64,000 bases of DNA from contig JAJYHZ010000001.1 in the NCBI GenBank assembly GCA_021796335.1, positions 80,360 through 144,359 on the forward strand. Reading direction: 5' to 3'. The position numbers and the translations under genes were made by a program. Below, in pieces: positions 58,944 to 64,000 of the stretch (position 1 is its first letter; each line of letters opens with the position of its first letter). The notes under the pieces were generated by a model. It ran no database searches and was not told the DNA's origin. It saw nothing but the letters and a program-made list of their open reading frames with translations. Origin of the DNA: a bacterium. GTDB lineage: Bacteria; Patescibacteriota; Minisyncoccia; UBA6257; UBA9933.

Positions 58944-59633
58944 CTACTGGTGTTCATGACGATAAAATTTCTTTGGCTCTCCGTAAAGATTGTGCAGCGT
59001 TTCGTCGTTTAAAATTTCTTCCGGTTTTCCCATACAGATATTCTGATGGTTCAGGCACATGACTTTGCTCGCATATTGGTAAATAACGTTCAATTCGTGG
59101 GAAATTAAAATGACGGTTATTTTTAATTTTTCCTGCAAATGGGCGAGAACTTTATAAATTGATTCCTGTCCGTAAATGTCGACGTTCGCTGTCGGTTCGT
59201 CGAATAATAAAATATCCGGATCGCCCAAAAGCGTCCAGCCGATCAAAAGCCTTTGCCTCTGGCCGAGAGAAACTTCTCCCAGGCCCATTTTCAATATTTT
59301 TTTATCGAGTTGGATGAATTTCAGAATTTCATCGATTTTTTGATTCGTTATCGTTTTTGGCTGCAGCTTTAAAAATTCTTCAACAGTCAGAGGAATGTGC
59401 TTTTCCACCTCGAGTCTTTGCGGCGCATATCCGATTCGCATATTGGGAGCCCAATGGATTTCGCCATTATAAGGCAATAGCCCTAAAAGCGCCTTAAATA
59501 ATGTCGTTTTGCCGGCGCCGTTTGGGCCGATTATGGCTAAAACCTCCCCTTGTTCGACATTGAAACTGACATCCTGAATGATGGAATCATTGTCGATTTT
59601 TACATTTAAGTTTTTTACCTCAAGAACGTTCAT
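58944..59633 (-). CDS. metal ABC transporter ATP-binding protein
   Basis: Walker A GPNGAGKTTL, signature-like VSLGQRQRL, Walker B LLFDEPT. Confidence 0.8.
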   Translation of the reverse strand: MNVLEVKNLNVKIDNDSIIQDVSFNVEQGEVLAIIGPNGAGKTTLFKALLGLLPYNGEIHWAPNMRIGYAPQRLEVEKHIPLTVEEFLKLQPKTITNQKIDEILKFIQLDKKILKMGLGEVSLGQRQRLLIGWTLLGDPDILLFDEPTANVDIYGQESIYKVLAHLQEKLKITVILISHELNVIYQYASKVMCLNHQNICMGKPEEILNDETLHNLYGEPKKFYRHEHQ

Positions 59634-59716
59634 TTGGAAGAATTATAAATTATTTTTAAAAACAAATAAAATAAGTAAGTTTTAAATTTATTTTCAACTG
59701 ATATATAATAAACACT

Positions 59717-60754
59717 ATGGAATATTCATTACTTGCTATACTTGCAATAATTTTAATTGTTTTAATTGCCGGAATAATCTGGATTCGCAATTCCGTGAAA
59801 TCGAAAGAAGATTCGCAATCAATGTTTTTGCTTCAAAACCAAATTAATGAGTTGTCGCGGGTTTTAGATACGAAAATGGGGGAGTCTACGGAATTTTTAA
59901 TGCATCAATCTGCTGAAAGCCGGAAAATCATCCAGGAGGTCACGGAAAAACTGGTTCGGCTGGATGAAACCAATAAACAAGTGGTTAACTTCGCCGATCA
60001 GCTTAAAAATCTTCAGGATATTTTAAAAAATCCGAAACAACGCGGAATTTTGGGTGAATATTATCTGGAAACCGTTTTAAAAAATGTTTTACCTCCTAAA
60101 AGTTTTCAGATGCAGTATCCGTTTAAAAATGGTGAGATTGTAGACGCTGCTGTTTTTGTCGGCGGCAAAGTCATTCCGGTTGATTCCAAATTCAGTCTGG
60201 AAAATTATAATCGCTTACTGGAAATCCGCGACGATCAAGAAAGAAAAAAAATTGAAGATTCGCTTCGCAATGATTTAAAGAACCGTATTGATGAAACCTC
60301 TAAATATATCCGTCCGGATGAAGACACGGTTGAGTTTGCTTTCATGTTTATTCCATCCGAAGCGCTTTATTATGATTTATTGATCAATAAAGTCGGTTCA
60401 ATTTCCAGTCGCGATTTGATTGAATACGCCACTCGCGACAAAAAGGTTATCATTGTTTCTCCGACATCTTTCTTGGCCTATCTTCAAACAGTTCTGCAAG
60501 GATTAAAAGCGATGCAGATTGAAGAATCCGCTAAAGAAATCAGAAAGCGGGTGGAAGATTTAGGAAAGCACCTTTTGAACTTTGATGCTTATATGAAAAA
60601 ATTGGGAACCCATTTAGGCACCACCGTAAATATGTACAATAGCGCCTCCAAAGAGCTTGGAAAAATCGATAAAGATGTCTTAAAAATCAGCGGAGATGCC
60701 GCTGGGATAGAACCAATATCAATCGATAAACCGCAAGAAGATTTATTTGACTAA
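59717..60754 (+). CDS. rmuC: DNA recombination protein RmuC
   Basis: N-terminal TM, long coiled coil, conserved C-terminal RmuC domain (FMFIPSEALYYDLL...PTSFLAYLQTV). Confidence 0.6.
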   Translation: MEYSLLAILAIILIVLIAGIIWIRNSVKSKEDSQSMFLLQNQINELSRVLDTKMGESTEFLMHQSAESRKIIQEVTEKLVRLDETNKQVVNFADQLKNLQDILKNPKQRGILGEYYLETVLKNVLPPKSFQMQYPFKNGEIVDAAVFVGGKVIPVDSKFSLENYNRLLEIRDDQERKKIEDSLRNDLKNRIDETSKYIRPDEDTVEFAFMFIPSEALYYDLLINKVGSISSRDLIEYATRDKKVIIVSPTSFLAYLQTVLQGLKAMQIEESAKEIRKRVEDLGKHLLNFDAYMKKLGTHLGTTVNMYNSASKELGKIDKDVLKISGDAAGIEPISIDKPQEDLFD

Positions 60755-60819
60755 ATCTCTTATAATTGGTATATTTTAGGCAGAATAATTATAATTCTAT
60801 ATAAAGGGGGAAATTAAAA

Positions 60820-61110
60820 ATGGGGTGTCGAATAATCCAGGTTGCTGTTCCTGACACAGATCGCTTTACTCTCAGACTTCCAAAAGGTTCAAAGATTTTG
60901 ACTCTGCAGAAGAATAAAAAGAATGAACCGAGGTTATTTATTCTTCGGTCTGAAGGGACCGTATCGATTGAAGAAAGGAATTTTATTCTGGTCCCAACGG
61001 GGAGTTTCATAAATGAAATGGCCGAGGAGCTAAAATACGTTGGCACTTTTCTGTCAGAGGGCGGCAGGTTTAACGGCCCATTCTTTTATCATATTTTTGA
61101 AATAAAGTAA
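60820..61110 (+). CDS. hypothetical protein (96 aa)
   Basis: SD AAAGGGGGAAA before ATG. Confidence 0.4.
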   Translation: MGCRIIQVAVPDTDRFTLRLPKGSKILTLQKNKKNEPRLFILRSEGTVSIEERNFILVPTGSFINEMAEELKYVGTFLSEGGRFNGPFFYHIFEIK

Positions 61111-61269
61111 TGGCTAAAATAAAATGGGCGAGCCTAAAAAACGAGGCTTCCGACAGCAAGGCCGGCCGCTAGCGCTGCGGCACAGGGGTGGGTAAAACCG
61201 CCCCTTTTTATTATTGACAAAATAAACAAAAGTACTTAACATTTCATACAGCTTTTAACTATTTAAGAA

Positions 61270-61641
61270 ATGGAGGAATTTAGAGGAGTGAGTAAACAAA
61301 TTACAGTGGCAGGAAATTTTGATAACGGCGGTGACGTAACGTTCGAAATAACGTCAGCGTGCTTGACTTGTCCGGCATTCTTAATTTGCCATGAAGACAA
61401 GAAGGGGGCGGCCATAAAAAGCAATGGTGAAAAGGGGATGGTCGACAAAAACAGTTTTAACATTGTTGTCCGAATCCTTTTTGAACTGTTGATAAACGCC
61501 CTTGTGAATTATCATATCATGGCCGATTTTATGGCTGCGGTGCTTCCCGAGTTAAAATCGATGCGCCAGGAATTAATGCGGAGTTTTGAACTCAATGCAA
61601 CGGTCAGCCGCAGGCAGTACCGCATTCTTAAAACGCTCTGA
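61270..61641 (+). CDS. hypothetical protein (123 aa)
   Basis: promoter-like TTGACA-17-TAACAT upstream; terminator GCCGCTC-GTAC-GAGCGGC + T-run downstream. Confidence 0.4.
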   Translation: MEEFRGVSKQITVAGNFDNGGDVTFEITSACLTCPAFLICHEDKKGAAIKSNGEKGMVDKNSFNIVVRILFELLINALVNYHIMADFMAAVLPELKSMRQELMRSFELNATVSRRQYRILKTL

Positions 61642-61657
61642 TAATTTCCTCTTAATG

Positions 61658-61686
61658 GGCCGCTCGTACGAGCGGCCTTTTCTTTT
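61658..61686 (+). terminator. terminator hairpin GGCCGCTCGTACGAGCGGCC + TTTTCTTTTT
   Basis: palindromic GC stem and T-run. Confidence 0.65.
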
Positions 61687-61850
61687 TATTGACGAAAATA
61701 TCCATTCTTGCTAATTTTAAATTATTATTCTCAAGGTCAGCACACTTGAACCGTTAATACTAATATACAAATGCATATTAATGAAACAAATAATATGAAT
61801 TCGTTGCCATTCGTATCATTAATAAAATTAGTAGATTATTATTATTTATT

Positions 61851-62138
61851 ATGCAAATAAAACCATTATCAAATCGGGTTTTTATTGAACCGGTGGAAGA
61901 AGAAAAAACCACTAAATCGGGAATTTTAATTCCTGAAACAGCCGAAAACAAGCCGGTAAAAGGAAAAGTGTTCGCAATCGGAAACGGCAAGCTGAACGAA
62001 AAAAGCGAACGAATCCCCATGTCCGTGAAAGTTGGCGATATTGTTTTATTTAAAAAATACGGACCGGATGAAATTGAAATCGAAGGTAAAAAATATCTTG
62101 TCGGCGATGAAGAAGATATACTTGCCATTCTTGAATAA
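61851..62138 (+). CDS. groES: co-chaperonin GroES
   Basis: MQIKPLSNRVFIEPVEEEKTTKSGILIP mobile-loop region; precedes groEL. Confidence 0.9.
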   Translation: MQIKPLSNRVFIEPVEEEKTTKSGILIPETAENKPVKGKVFAIGNGKLNEKSERIPMSVKVGDIVLFKKYGPDEIEIEGKKYLVGDEEDILAILE

Positions 62139-63917
<1,779 letters not shown>

Positions 63918-64000
63918 CCTACAAATGCCACTCCCAAACATGGGCTTGGGAAAATTTTTGCTTTATTCGTATGTTTATGCGATCACATAAATACACAATA

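Noticed and set aside
61150-61200. GC-rich tract CCGACAGCAAGGCCGGCCGCTAGCGCTGCGGCACAGGGGTGGGTAAAACCGCCCC as a mobile-element repeat
   Set aside because: There is no second copy in the window. Its 3' part, AGGGGTGGGTAAAACCGCCCCT plus a T-run, works as a terminator for 60820..61110. Its similarity to the R2 motif GGGCGGGTAAAAA is too short to call.
61690-61850. CIRCE heat-shock operator upstream of groES
   Set aside because: TTAGCACTC-N9-GAGTGCTAA was not found.

Overview
This 64-kb window is low-GC, gene-dense and almost entirely bacterial housekeeping content. The gene set reads like a reduced-genome bacterium, possibly of the Candidate Phyla Radiation / Patescibacteria; that placement is inference from content, not a database hit. 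Supporting signs are a 484-aa minimal IF-2, a 413-aa ProRS without an editing domain, a 726-aa ValRS, a fused monomeric PheRS, and a 23S-5S rRNA operon with its own promoter, no adjacent 16S, and expansion insertions in the 23S.

Recognisable genes are speH, mgtC, ppsA, an ECF sigma factor with a putative anti-sigma partner, tsaD, a SEDS protein (RodA/FtsW) with mltG, rpoB-rpoC, rpsF-ssb-rpsR, htpX, a GGDEF cyclase, pheS, a Ca2+/H+ antiporter, infB-rbfA, proS, mreB-mreC, valS, tpiA, a PAP2 phosphatase, a metal ABC transporter, rmuC and groES-groEL. There are seven tRNA genes: Phe, His, Ser, Cys, Leu and two CAT-anticodon tRNAs.

The standout region is about 25.95-30.83 kb, and it is what I would pursue. 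A large serine recombinase gene ends inside the 3' end of tRNA-Ser(GGA). It is flanked by two 130-bp identical inverted repeats (R1), each of which encodes the recombinase C-terminus. Next to it, a four-gene cargo of unknown function (XRE-family HTH, a 4-TM protein, and two unknowns) is flanked by two 163-bp identical GC-rich inverted repeats (R2). Each R2 copy carries a dyad-symmetric candidate recombination site. About 4.7 kb downstream sits a third, diverged R1 copy with a 12-nt tRNA-Ser 3' fragment and a recombinase C-terminal remnant. Together this looks like a tRNA-targeted integrative element, possibly tandem or nested, with an attP-like R2-core-R1 copy retained inside it and possibly invertible segments.

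Other points worth a second look:
- a NUDIX gene (13114..13513) split by a +1 frameshift in an A-rich run
- a 36-bp perfect palindrome present twice, at 13707 and 50642
- a monomeric PheRS carrying a C-terminal FDX-ACB domain, with no pheT nearby
- a hairpin-rich 280-bp leader upstream of pheS
- short tandem repeat arrays (CTAAAT-type and heptamer) in the 5' UTRs of rpoB, rpoC, rpsR, groEL and others
- a membrane-anchored PD-(D/E)xK nuclease-like protein
- a truncated tRNA 5'-half copy next to tRNA-Phe
- a miniature beta-carbonic-anhydrase-like protein
- several small unannotated ORFs with strong Shine-Dalgarno sites

All coordinates and calls come from reading the sequence and the supplied ORF track; no searches were run.
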